A stretch of 64,000 bases of DNA from a virus (taxonomy: Duplodnaviria > Caudoviricetes), in IMG/VR virus record IMGVR_UViG_3300012007_000013, positions 1 to 64,000 of that record; one strand, written 5' to 3'. The notes below the pieces were generated by a model. It had not been told where the DNA came from. It saw only the letters and a program-made list of their open reading frames with translations, and did no database searches. The translations under genes and the position numbers were made by a program. Below, in pieces: positions 49,984 to 58,827 of this stretch; positions within the stretch are counted from its first letter, which is position 1; each line of letters starts with the position of its first letter.

Positions 49984-50235
49984 TTATTGTATTTTTACAG
50001 AAACTAATACTCCATTTTCTTCAACCAAGACATAGCCGTCAGGAATATCTATACTTAGATTACGCGGGGATTCTTCCGTATATGTGCTGTATGCGTCCTT
50101 CATGCAAATTGGAATATTGGTCATATTGTTGAATTTTAAAAACTCACATTCTCTGCATCTTTTTGCTGCTCTGCGATTTCTGTATTTCTTGGGGCAACTT
50201 TTACTTGGTTTTATAAAATCATCATAAGGGTCCAT
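49984..50235 (-). CDS. Cys-containing hypothetical protein
   Basis: CPKK...CRECEF...C. Confidence 0.55.
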   Translation of the reverse strand: MDPYDDFIKPSKSCPKKYRNRRAAKRCRECEFLKFNNMTNIPICMKDAYSTYTEESPRNLSIDIPDGYVLVEENGVLVSVKIQ

Positions 50236-50240
50236 ATCTT

Positions 50241-50465
50241 TTATTCTTTTACGAGTTCAACAAAATCGTTAATCGGCGCGTCCTTTGTCGGATGAATTTT
50301 AATCTTATTCTCGACGAACAATTTGTTCAGCACCTTGCGAATGTCCTTGTTTATCGCGCCGAGCAACTCGCCTTTTCTGACAAAGTTCGGTATGACGGTA
50401 GACTTTGCTTTCTCCGTCTGCATCGCGTCGAGTTTCAATGTGATGTATTGTTCAAGATTGGTCAT
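50241..50465 (-). CDS. Small winged-helix-like protein
   Basis: IRKVLNKLFVENKIKI. Confidence 0.5.
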   Translation of the reverse strand: MTNLEQYITLKLDAMQTEKAKSTVIPNFVRKGELLGAINKDIRKVLNKLFVENKIKIHPTKDAPINDFVELVKE

Positions 50466-50788
50466 TATCGTGAATTTAACGTAAACAAAAGTAAAGTTCT
50501 GTCCACGCCGCTTACATTTGAAATTTCACCGTAGTAATCAACGCAACCATCTTTGTTTACCTGTCCTATTATAATACCATCATCAGGTACGACACCCCAT
50601 AAAAGAGACACTAGAACTACATGGCAAACTGTGCAATCCTTATTTTCTTGTATAAAAGACAAGACTGTTTCGTGGTCACGTGTAGTAAATCTTTCTTTTA
50701 CAAACATATTCCATTCGGAAATGTCATATAGCCCTTTTGTTTTTTGTTTGACAATAGAAACAATTTCATTTAATGTCTTTATATTCAT
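50465..50788 (-). CDS. Hypothetical protein
   Basis: Coupled ORF. Confidence 0.5.
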   Translation of the reverse strand: MNIKTLNEIVSIVKQKTKGLYDISEWNMFVKERFTTRDHETVLSFIQENKDCTVCHVVLVSLLWGVVPDDGIIIGQVNKDGCVDYYGEISNVSGVDRTLLLFTLNSR

Positions 50789-50799
50789 ATTGTTAATAA

Positions 50800-51555
50800 T
50801 TAGAAGTTGTCACTTTCTACCTCAAATGTATCTCCGCTGTGAGCCACTGACACTTTCACGAGAGGCAGTGCGTCTTGAACAGACTTCAATGCAAAGTCCT
50901 CGTTTATGTTTTGGTGACTGAGATGTATTAGGATTATCTGCTTTGTGCTGATTGACGAGTTGCGTCTGCAGAAGTCGATGCAGTCTTCAAGTCCCATGTG
51001 GTTCTCGGGGTGGCTCCGGCTCTGTTCCGCGTTGACAAAGTTGTCGATGAGCGTGTCGTCATCGTGGTTGCATTCGACCATTATGCAGTCGATGTCCTTG
51101 AAGTTGTACTGACACCCCATAGCGTCCGTGACGAACACAATGCGTTCCTTTGTCGGCGTTACTATCAGAAAGCCGTAATTTGGCACGTTGTGGGCGACTT
51201 CGAACGGCTGGACGACAAATCCTCCGACGAACGTCTTTTGAGCCATAGGAAGCGGCTTTATGCCCTTAATCGAGCCTTCTTTTAGCAGTTCCTCGTAGAC
51301 TTTCTCGCCGCAGAACACTGGGATACCTCGTCTGATAAACTCTTTTGCGGTGGACTTGTTTAAATGGTCTGTGTGCCTTGGTTTTATTCACCAGTGCGAG
51401 GCGATACAGCCCCGCACCGATGCAAAGTCCTCCATATTTAATGTATAATCCATCATTTTCATTCCGAGTTCCACAATCAAACATTGATTGTTAGAGCGTA
51501 GCAAAAATCCGTTTCCTGTGCTACCAGTGTTTACTACCTTGATACTTGTTCCCAT
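50800..51555 (-). pseudogene. MBL-fold metallohydrolase interrupted by a 15-nt in-frame insert containing TGA
   Basis: TGSTGNGFLL...IVELG...SH[W*IKP]RHTDH...HNVP...TD...ECNH...H...LIHLS. Confidence 0.8.
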
Positions 51556-52115
51556 ATAAATCCTCCCGCTTGTTTTCTGATGTGTCCTGGGCAGAACTCT
51601 TCTTTACCTGCCACCTGTTTTATATTTCTTGCACATACACCGGTTGCCCTACTCGCTTCCGCTGCATTTTCATACATTGCGATAAAGTTGCCTTGCAAGT
51701 CCTTTTGAATGATTTTTTGCGGTCTTACATACTTATTGTAATAGTTCATTCCTTTTACGTCCCTCGAATCAATATCTTTTTTATAGTGTTCTTCTGCGGA
51801 TACAAGTTCAAGATTTTCAACGCAATTATTTTGCTTATTATGGTCTTTATGGTGAATGTGCCATTTGTGTCCTCTTGGTATTTCTCCAACAAAATGTTCA
51901 TAGACTAATCTGTGTATCCTTGTGTATTTAACCTTCCCCATCCATTGAAGAATCACGGAAAAATATCCGCCTTTTGCATTTACATTTGGCAAGACACGCC
52001 ATTCTGTGATTCTTTGAGTGGGGTTCCTTCTTTTTTTACACGATAGAAGAGTGCCTTTATCGCCTATCCGATAGACACCTTCAAACCCTTTAATATCTAC
52101 AAATTTTTCTTCCAT
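51534..52115 (-). CDS. NUMOD4-HNH-NUMOD1 homing endonuclease
   Basis: FVDIKGFEGVYRIGDKG; IHRLVYEHF...IHHKDHNKQNNCVENLE; AGGFIW. Confidence 0.9.
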   Translation of the reverse strand: MEEKFVDIKGFEGVYRIGDKGTLLSCKKRRNPTQRITEWRVLPNVNAKGGYFSVILQWMGKVKYTRIHRLVYEHFVGEIPRGHKWHIHHKDHNKQNNCVENLELVSAEEHYKKDIDSRDVKGMNYYNKYVRPQKIIQKDLQGNFIAMYENAAEASRATGVCARNIKQVAGKEEFCPGHIRKQAGGFIWEQVSR

Positions 52116-52116
52116 A

Positions 52117-52236
52117 TTATTCGTTTTTATAGTCCATCATTTTGCACCCAAGTTCGAGCACAAGAGCCTGACCGCCGCTTTCGAGAATGTAGCCGTTCGC
52201 AGATGAAGATGAAGAGCAAACGTGAATAGTGGTCAT
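52117..52236 (-). pseudogene. Orphan MBL-hydrolase N-terminal fragment (39 aa)
   Basis: MTTIHVCSSSSSANGYILESGGQALVLELGCKMMDYKNE*; parallels the start at 51555. Confidence 0.75.
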
Positions 52237-52256
52237 ATTATCGTTTCATAGTATAG

Positions 52257-52421
52257 TTAATACGTCTCGTGCATATAGTCGCCTGCTTTTATTTCAGAAT
52301 TTTCATCTTCTGAGCACTCTATAAATTCAGGAACTTGTGCTTCAAAAGTATCGTATAGAATCCAAATATTCTTTTCTTGGTCAAAACCTTGCAGGATTTC
52401 TATTAATTCTTTTACTTTCAT
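52257..52421 (-). CDS. 54-aa hypothetical protein
   Basis: Manual ORF MKVKELIEILQGFDQE... Confidence 0.55.
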   Translation of the reverse strand: MKVKELIEILQGFDQEKNIWILYDTFEAQVPEFIECSEDENSEIKAGDYMHETY

Positions 52422-52447
52422 AACTTATAATTTTATTCCGTAGTATT

Positions 52448-52732
52448 TTATTTTGAATTTAATAATATTGCTATATATATCAAACTTGTTACGTAGGCGC
52501 TCATCATTGACAAAAACGCAAAAATTGCAGTTATGTCAAGTATACAAATATCCCTTACTTGTACTCCGAAAAGAGAAAAAGATGGTAATAAAATCGCTTG
52601 CCCTGCTTGTGGGAACGCAAATATAAATAATAAAAGAAGTACAAAAAAAGCAATAAACGAAACAAAGAAACCGATTAAACAATCTTCTATTTCATCTCGA
52701 AACTTTAATTCTTCATTCCCCATAATACTCAT
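52448..52732 (-). CDS. Membrane protein
   Basis: Two hydrophobic segments. Confidence 0.55.
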   Translation of the reverse strand: MSIMGNEELKFRDEIEDCLIGFFVSFIAFFVLLLLFIFAFPQAGQAILLPSFSLFGVQVRDICILDITAIFAFLSMMSAYVTSLIYIAILLNSK

Positions 52733-52936
52733 TTATTTTTGATTAAACAGTTTTTCAAGTTCTTCCTGCAACAAGTCGAACGCTTCTTGGTCGCAGATGT
52801 GCTCGTATGCCTCCCTCCATTCCATCGCCCTGTCGTGGAAATAGGCACCGTCGGCGAAATAAACGCTTTGCGCCATAGCACGGATTATCTCCGTGTCATT
52901 CGCAGTTACCTTTTGATGTGCTTCTACCTCTTTCAT
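52733..52936 (-). CDS. Hypothetical protein
   Basis: Abutting ORF. Confidence 0.55.
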   Translation of the reverse strand: MKEVEAHQKVTANDTEIIRAMAQSVYFADGAYFHDRAMEWREAYEHICDQEAFDLLQEELEKLFNQK

Positions 52937-53028
52937 TGTCTTTTTGACTTAGTGCCCGTGGGTTTGTCTCCTTGCCCACGGGCTGTTGGCTGTCCAGAGC
53001 CTCCTTTGTATAGTTGGCGAACCTCGGG

Positions 53029-53295
53029 TTATTCGATGACTTTCACCTCTTCGATTGGGTGTTCTCGCGCCCACTCCATTTTGAGGTCGTTCATACGGCG
53101 TTCGATGTCGTGCTGACGTGCGGTGTGTGCGTCGCGCTGTCTGTTCACGGCTTCACGATAGCGGTCGTTTTCCTTTCGTTGATTCTCGACGTGTTCCTTG
53201 TTCAAGGCGTCAAGGGTTTCGCGGTTTTTTTTTCCGTTGTCCTGCTGCTCTTCGCGCAGTGATTGCATCTTTTGCAGATACTCTTCTCGGTTCAT
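53029..53295 (-). CDS. Coiled-coil hypothetical protein
   Basis: Highly charged, helical. Confidence 0.6.
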   Translation of the reverse strand: MNREEYLQKMQSLREEQQDNGKKNRETLDALNKEHVENQRKENDRYREAVNRQRDAHTARQHDIERRMNDLKMEWAREHPIEEVKVIE

Positions 53296-53307
53296 AATTC
53301 TGTTGAT

Positions 53308-53790
53308 TTAATTGGTTTTTATTTCAATCTTCTTGAGTATTCTCTTGTACCACGGGAGGGCGTTGAATCGCTCTATCTCTTTGTGTTCTGTATCTCTTTG
53401 GTCATAAGCATCGTCTAACTGCTTGTTTAATTTTTTGATTTCATCGTTGAGTTTTTCAATTTTGCCATCTTTGTGACTGATTTCAGACAGAAGCCCTGCC
53501 TGTTCAGCATTTGGGTTTATTATACACCCAATGCTTTCAGTAAGGCATTCTTTTTCTCCCGTAATTGCATCAATCACTACTTTACACTTCTCGCGTGAAA
53601 TAAATGCCGGAATATTTTTTAATTGTGAGATAATAATCCCCATCGTCTTTGCGTTGCAAGTGAAGTTGCCGTACATCTTAACGTACTGCTCACCGTCAAC
53701 CCAAACACCTTTGTTGCTTTCAACAACAAGTTTGCCGTCATCGTTGAAGTAGAAGTACTGCGGGCGCTGTTCTTGTTTTTTTTCTTCCAT
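53308..53790 (-). CDS. Hypothetical protein with a C-terminal coiled coil
   Basis: Ends ...ALPWYKRI. Confidence 0.6.
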   Translation of the reverse strand: MEEKKQEQRPQYFYFNDDGKLVVESNKGVWVDGEQYVKMYGNFTCNAKTMGIIISQLKNIPAFISREKCKVVIDAITGEKECLTESIGCIINPNAEQAGLLSEISHKDGKIEKLNDEIKKLNKQLDDAYDQRDTEHKEIERFNALPWYKRILKKIEIKTN

Positions 53791-53815
53791 TTCGATATGT
53801 TTTTAGTTTGTCTTG

Positions 53816-53898
53816 TGCCACAGGCCGGACTCGAACCGACATCGGACGCGGGGCGTCATTTTACCAACTGACCAATAGGGTCATTAAACTACGGTGGC
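53816..53898 (-). ncRNA. tRNA-like element with aberrant anticodon arm and D-loop
   Basis: Acceptor GCCACCG/CTGTGGC-A; T-arm GTCGG-TTCGAGT-CCGGC; D-stem GTTT/AAAA; anticodon arm GACGC-CCC-GCGTC. Confidence 0.7.
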
Positions 53899-53936
53899 AA
53901 CCATCCCACGTTTCACACTGGAGACGAGATTATACT

Positions 53937-54269
53937 TTACTTGGATTTGAATATCGAGAAAATCCACTGAAGGAAATCCCATATCTCGTTGCGGTCATAA
54001 ATCTTGTTTGCAGCGAGACCGCATCCAAGACCGATGAGAACGGTCTTCACCCAGCCCTGCCAAGTGTCGATAGCACCACAGTCGGCGAAAAAGCCGAGTT
54101 GGAGGGCAAAGCCGATACAAGCAAGGGCGATTGAAAATACCCACGAAAGGATGAGTTTTGTCCGAGAGTTCTCGACCTTGAATAGGCGGAACAGTGCCTC
54201 ATTGATGGTAATGACACCACCCACAAATGCTACGAACGTAGCGAACATTGTCATTAAAGTCGTTGCCAT
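53937..54269 (-). CDS. Holin-like multi-pass membrane protein
   Basis: Three hydrophobic segments, GLGCGLAANKIYD; about 110 aa. Confidence 0.5.
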   Translation of the reverse strand: MATTLMTMFATFVAFVGGVITINEALFRLFKVENSRTKLILSWVFSIALACIGFALQLGFFADCGAIDTWQGWVKTVLIGLGCGLAANKIYDRNEIWDFLQWIFSIFKSK

Positions 54270-54296
54270 AACTATGTATTTTTAATGGTTAATAAT

Positions 54297-55148
54297 TTAC
54301 TTGTCGAACATTTCTGTCTGAGCCTTACCGTCGTTCTGCACAACCTCTCCTGTCTGCTCGTCCACGACCTCCGCCTCTTGGAAGTCCTGCGGCTCCGTCT
54401 CGACAGGCATTTCTCCGCCGTTGTCAACGTAGTGGACTTGAGGATTGTCCATATCTCCAGAGAGGGCGGCTTGGTCACGCTCGATAGCCATCTGCATTTC
54501 GAGCGACTTTGGTAAATACTTGGTAATCAGATGTTTAAGCACAGATTTGAGCGCCATGCTATTAAAGTCATCTTTCCAAAGGCCGTAGCCCCGCTTGAAT
54601 GTTTGCGAGAAACGGAGTCCGTGCTGTTTGCACTTCTCAACGTCCCAAAAGACGTATTTTTCAAAACCGTTGGAAAGTTTTGCGTAGGCGAGGTAGCCGA
54701 TAATCTTGTCAGACTTGCGTTTTGTTTCGTCGAACACGTACTCATCGGTGAAACGGTTGTGTGACACAAGTTCGCCCTCATAGACAATCTCGTTTGCGAG
54801 GCGGACAACCTGACCGCTACGTTGAGCGAGTTCTACCCACCCCGAGCGCATAATTTGGCAAGTCGCTGTGCACGAGCCGGTTTTATTGTCTTTGAACGGG
54901 ATTATTGCTGCATAGCCGAGGTTAGGATTGATAGGCAAATCCAAGGCAGCGGCGGTTGCTGCGGCAAGAATGATAGAGTTGACGTCTGCTTTTTTGAGCA
55001 GGTCGTTGTTGCTCACCACATTGGTGATAGAGGTGATAAATCCGGGAGCACGTTTCCCGAGCATATCGGAAAATCTCTTTGCCACCGACTCGCTTGAAAG
55101 GGCGACTTTCAAGTCTTTTGCGTTGTTGTACTGTGCTACTTCGCTCAT
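54297..55148 (-). CDS. recT: RecT/Red-beta-family recombinase
   Basis: AAALDLPINPNLGYAAIIPF; GWVELAQRSG; FNSMALKSVLK. Confidence 0.9.
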   Translation of the reverse strand: MSEVAQYNNAKDLKVALSSESVAKRFSDMLGKRAPGFITSITNVVSNNDLLKKADVNSIILAAATAAALDLPINPNLGYAAIIPFKDNKTGSCTATCQIMRSGWVELAQRSGQVVRLANEIVYEGELVSHNRFTDEYVFDETKRKSDKIIGYLAYAKLSNGFEKYVFWDVEKCKQHGLRFSQTFKRGYGLWKDDFNSMALKSVLKHLITKYLPKSLEMQMAIERDQAALSGDMDNPQVHYVDNGGEMPVETEPQDFQEAEVVDEQTGEVVQNDGKAQTEMFDK

Positions 55149-55149
55149 A

Positions 55150-55452
55150 CTATTTGATTTTTTCGTTTAACTTTTCTTTGATTGCTTTCACGTCCTCTGC
55201 GAGCTTGCAAGTTTCTTTCTTGACGGATGACGCGACGGACGCAATTCGGTATTCGACGGTACGTCGGGCATTGTAACCGAACATCTTCTGTATCTCGTAT
55301 ATCTTGTACTCTCGGCTTGCGTAAAGCAAATACATCAGTACGCTGTGTGCCGCCGAGAACGGATATGCTCGTTTCGAGGTGTCGTACAAATCTTCCTTGG
55401 AGACTTGGAAGTGCTCTGCCACTGCTTTTTCTATGTATGTTTTATGTTTCAT
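55150..55452 (-). CDS. DnaA-C-terminal-like HTH protein
   Basis: VAEHFQVSKEDL...MYLL...EIQKMFG..RRTV. Confidence 0.55.
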   Translation of the reverse strand: MKHKTYIEKAVAEHFQVSKEDLYDTSKRAYPFSAAHSVLMYLLYASREYKIYEIQKMFGYNARRTVEYRIASVASSVKKETCKLAEDVKAIKEKLNEKIK

Positions 55453-55462
55453 AATTCGACTG

Positions 55463-55493
55463 CAAAATTACGAAGAAAAATTGAATACGCAAA
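55463..55493 (-). promoter_or_regulatory. Leftward sigma70-type promoter
   Basis: On the reverse strand, TTTG-N19-TAATTTTG. Confidence 0.7.
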
Positions 55494-55555
55494 ACATTTT
55501 TCGCAAATTATTGAAAATATTTTCCAACCATCTGGTTTTCAACGCTAAGTTTTGT

Positions 55556-55735
55556 TCATTTTTCTTCTCCGGATAGTCTAAAAAGCAACTCTTCGTGTGC
55601 CTTTTCGGCACATTTCCTGCAATATGGGTGCGGCGGAATGTCGGGGTCTACGTTACATGGATACCATACTTCCGCTTGCTTCCCGCATTCGACGCACTTG
55701 TAGTCGGATGCTTTAATCTTCTTTTCCTTGCTCAT
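55556..55735 (-). CDS. Small zinc-finger-like protein
   Basis: CVECG...CRKC. Confidence 0.6.
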   Translation of the reverse strand: MSKEKKIKASDYKCVECGKQAEVWYPCNVDPDIPPHPYCRKCAEKAHEELLFRLSGEEK

Positions 55736-56058
55736 TATATATTGAGTGTTGCTTGGTTTTTGACTTTCTTTGTATACTTTTTCCGCTCGGTCTTCATAAA
55801 CGGGCACAGCGTTCCGTGCAGGACGAAGTCTCGACAGATGTCGATTGTGCGTTGGTTGATTGGCTCGTTCGAAAACATTCGCAGAACGATATCGCGTTGG
55901 ATGGAACACTTCGGCATATTGTTCTTTGTGGAATTCGTATACCGCATACCATCGTCTCTCGGTTCGCTAGACTTGATACATTTGTCGCAGCAGTATGCCT
56001 CAAATGCTCTGTGGTCGCTGCCGTTGCTGAACGGGTCTTGGTTTACAAGTTTCTTCAT
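55735..56058 (-). CDS. Cys-rich hypothetical protein
   Basis: FSNGSD...CCDKCIK...C...C...CP. Confidence 0.6.
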   Translation of the reverse strand: MKKLVNQDPFSNGSDHRAFEAYCCDKCIKSSEPRDDGMRYTNSTKNNMPKCSIQRDIVLRMFSNEPINQRTIDICRDFVLHGTLCPFMKTERKKYTKKVKNQATLNI

Positions 56059-56239
56059 CTTCTGTATGTTTTATTCAATTCGTCGGCGTCATTAGAGCCT
56101 TGAATGTAACTTTGTTTAGCCACTTCTTGCATTGCTTCCATCTGTTCGTTTGTCATATCGAGGGCAACAGCGATTCTGAGTATCCAGTCGTGAATAGATT
56201 CTTTCTTTCGTTGTTTCAGATTTCGTTGCATATCAAGTA

Positions 56240-57328
56240 TCAGAATAGTTTTAATTGGTTTAACTCTGGTTCTATTCTTTTTCGTGCGATTTCTGCATAT
56301 TCTGTGCTCAACTCCGAACCTATGAACTTCCTGTTTCCAAGTGAATGAATGACTGCAAGTGCGGTCGTTCCGGAGCCTAGAAAACAATCGTACACCACGC
56401 CGCCTTCGGGACAACCTGCGAGAATGCAAGGCATTATCAGTTTCTCGGGATACATCGCACAATGCTCGATGTTGCTCGGCTGCGTATTAACAGACCAAAC
56501 GTCACGTTTGTTTCGAACAACTCTTTCTGCTCCGTATCCGCCGCCGGGATTGTCACGTTGTCCTGTTTCTTGTGACCACTTTTGTGTCTGCGGTTTCCAT
56601 TCTTTCCCCGACTTTGTAGCAAACTGCGGGTCGTCGTTATCGCCATATTTCTTTCCGCCAAATCTGATACCTGTAGAAATGCCATACTTTTCAGGCTCGC
56701 GCGACTGTTTTGTATCATAGTCAAACTCTCGTTGCCTGACTATACCGAACGGTCTGTTCTCGAAAGTCTTCGCAGGCTCTTGGATTGCCTGATAATCGAA
56801 GTAGTATTTCTCGTTCTTTGAAAAGAGAAAGATGTATTCGTGGGATTTGACGCAACGGTCGGTTACAGGTTCTGGCATTGCGTTCGCTTTATCCCAGATA
56901 ATATCCTGACGGAGATAGAAACCGCACCTGTCACGGAGGGCAAAGGCTAAAAGCTATGGGATACCGATAAGGTCTTTGTTCTTGCACCCGTTCCATCTTT
57001 CTTTCTTGAAACTATCAGTGTTTGCACTTTTCCATTTCGGGTTGTCGTTTCCTGTTTTATTGCCGTTGTAAGTATCACCGATGTTTACCCATACGGTTCC
57101 TGTCGGTTTCAACACGCGATATACTTCGGCAAACACCTCGACAAGATTGTCTATATACTCGGTCGGGGTCTGCTCTCTGCCAATTTCCTTATCGCTATCT
57201 GTATAAAGACGCAAATTAAAGTAAGGAGGCGACGTGACGACACAGTCGATGCTATCGTCATCCATCCTTTTGAGCGTTTCGATACACGGCTCGTTGTATA
57301 TTTTATTCAGTTCAATCATTGTTTTCAT
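56240..57328 (-). pseudogene. N6/N4 DNA methyltransferase with an in-frame TAG
   Basis: VTSPPY; DLIGIP*LLAFALR...LRQDIIWDK.NAMPE; DCFLGSGTT; TAG at 56954-56956. Confidence 0.85.
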
Positions 57329-57932
57329 TTTTGATTATTTCAGAGAATACGCGAGCCTTGTACTCTTTGTAGACCGTGTCTTCGTCAGATGGCTGTGGTC
57401 TTCCCTGTTTCATTCTCTCTTGCGGAGTTCCAAAAGTCCTGCGTGCTTTCCGTATGCTGTATTGCTCGGCAGCATTTAGTCTGTTGTCCACATATTGGTT
57501 GAACCAGTCCATCACAGTTGCGCAACTGAGACGCTCGTACATTTTGCCGTACTTACCCAAACGAGCGTCGGTGAAAATGACCTTTATGTCAGCAAAGGTT
57601 ATCATACCTCCGTATTCGGAGATGATGTTTTCGGCAGTAAAGAATATTTCCTCGTTGGACATACCTTCCTTGAGATGCAGAAATCTGTCTGTCGCGAAAA
57701 GCAGCATTGCGAGTGTTTTTTTCAAGTTTGCCCCATCATCGTCGCTCTCTCTCTTGATACGGAGCAAGCATTTAACGGTGTCCGGGTTATCCGCTTGCAG
57801 GGCGACGCAATCTGACGGTGTTCTGACGGTGGCAAACTTATCATTGAGCCGAGCCATTACCGTAACGGCGTTCGAGTTCGTCAAAGAAAGACTGCTCGTC
57901 GTCGCGGGCGTTTTGGTGTTGTTGTCTTCCAT
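57312..57932 (-). CDS. Putative helicase-loader/replication accessory protein
   Basis: Follows the initiator gene; GKYGKMYERL...WFNQY motif. Confidence 0.45.
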   Translation of the reverse strand: MEDNNTKTPATTSSLSLTNSNAVTVMARLNDKFATVRTPSDCVALQADNPDTVKCLLRIKRESDDDGANLKKTLAMLLFATDRFLHLKEGMSNEEIFFTAENIISEYGGMITFADIKVIFTDARLGKYGKMYERLSCATVMDWFNQYVDNRLNAAEQYSIRKARRTFGTPQERMKQGRPQPSDEDTVYKEYKARVFSEIIKNENND

Positions 57933-58827
57933 TTTTCAGTTGCGAGTATATTTCGTTGAACTTTGAATTAATTACAGGTAGAGAGAAATTGTCGATTATC
58001 CATTTCTCGACCCTGCCGCTATTGAGTATTGCTTGGATAAATGCGTCAAAATTAAACGCTATGGCATCCTCATTGTTCTTGTCTTCCTCGGGTAACTTGC
58101 TTTTGATTTTGTCAATGATGTGTTTTATAGCATTAGCATCTTTCGCCTCGTAATAATACTGCTCTCCTTTTTTCTGCAAATAATGCTGCTCGAATGCAAG
58201 TCTGCACCGATGGATAATCGTGTATTTTTTTTCTTTTTTCTCTTTTATAACAGAAATATTTTTTTTCTTTCCTGCCGAAGCATTTTCGCTCGGCACGTCT
58301 ACGATAGTAGACGTAACATTATTATTTGTGTTATTAGTTGTATTGTTATATTGTTGGTATTGTTTGTCCGCTGGCGGAATATGGTCATCCGCTGGCGGAA
58401 TGTCGATTTGGTCATCTGCGGAAAATGGGGTTTCTTTCTGCGGAAAATCCGTGTATGTTTCATATCCAAGTTCTTTCAAATACATAAAAAACTTGTCAGT
58501 GAATGAATACCAAACGGTTCTGTCAAATGGACTCTTATTGAAGTTTTGTTTCATAATAAGAGGCTCGTGTTTGGGCTTTACGTCCTTTTTGTCAGTGCCA
58601 CCAGCGAGGTCGATAAGTATTCTTTTCACCTTACTCTCACTCCAGAAAGGAAATTGTTTTGCGAAGGCAGTAAGGGAGTTATATGTCCAATACCTCCCGT
58701 CGTGATAATTCATATCATTGGTCGCATTGTGTTTTATCCAACCATAAATATTGGAAATTATTATCGCCTCCTCAAGGCTATATTTCTCGGCGATGCGAGC
58801 GTCAAAAATAATACCATTGTCTAACAT
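57841..58827 (-). CDS. Phage replication initiator
   Basis: LEEAIII...HDGRYWTYNSLTAFAKQFPFWSESKVKRIL (wHTH); low-complexity linker. Confidence 0.75.
   Translation of the reverse strand: MLDNGIIFDARIAEKYSLEEAIIISNIYGWIKHNATNDMNYHDGRYWTYNSLTAFAKQFPFWSESKVKRILIDLAGGTDKKDVKPKHEPLIMKQNFNKSPFDRTVWYSFTDKFFMYLKELGYETYTDFPQKETPFSADDQIDIPPADDHIPPADKQYQQYNNTTNNTNNNVTSTIVDVPSENASAGKKKNISVIKEKKEKKYTIIHRCRLAFEQHYLQKKGEQYYYEAKDANAIKHIIDKIKSKLPEEDKNNEDAIAFNFDAFIQAILNSGRVEKWIIDNFSLPVINSKFNEIYSQLKNGRQQHQNARDDEQSFFDELERRYGNGSAQ
58321..58448. repeat. Iteron-like repeats plus AT-rich tract (putative origin)
   Basis: TCCGCTGGCGGAAT x2 (58367, 58388) and TCTGCGGAAAAT x2 (58415, 58437); AT-rich 58321-58365. Confidence 0.6.

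Noticed and set aside
51440-52130. Group I intron containing the HNH in the MBL gene
   Set aside because: The HNH ORF and the second N-terminus fill the whole interval, leaving no room for a recognisable ribozyme core
53816-53898. Functional tRNA-Gly(CCC) or an attP site
   Set aside because: The anticodon loop geometry is non-canonical, CCA is not encoded, and no integrase or duplicated tRNA 3' end was seen; kept only as a tRNA-like element
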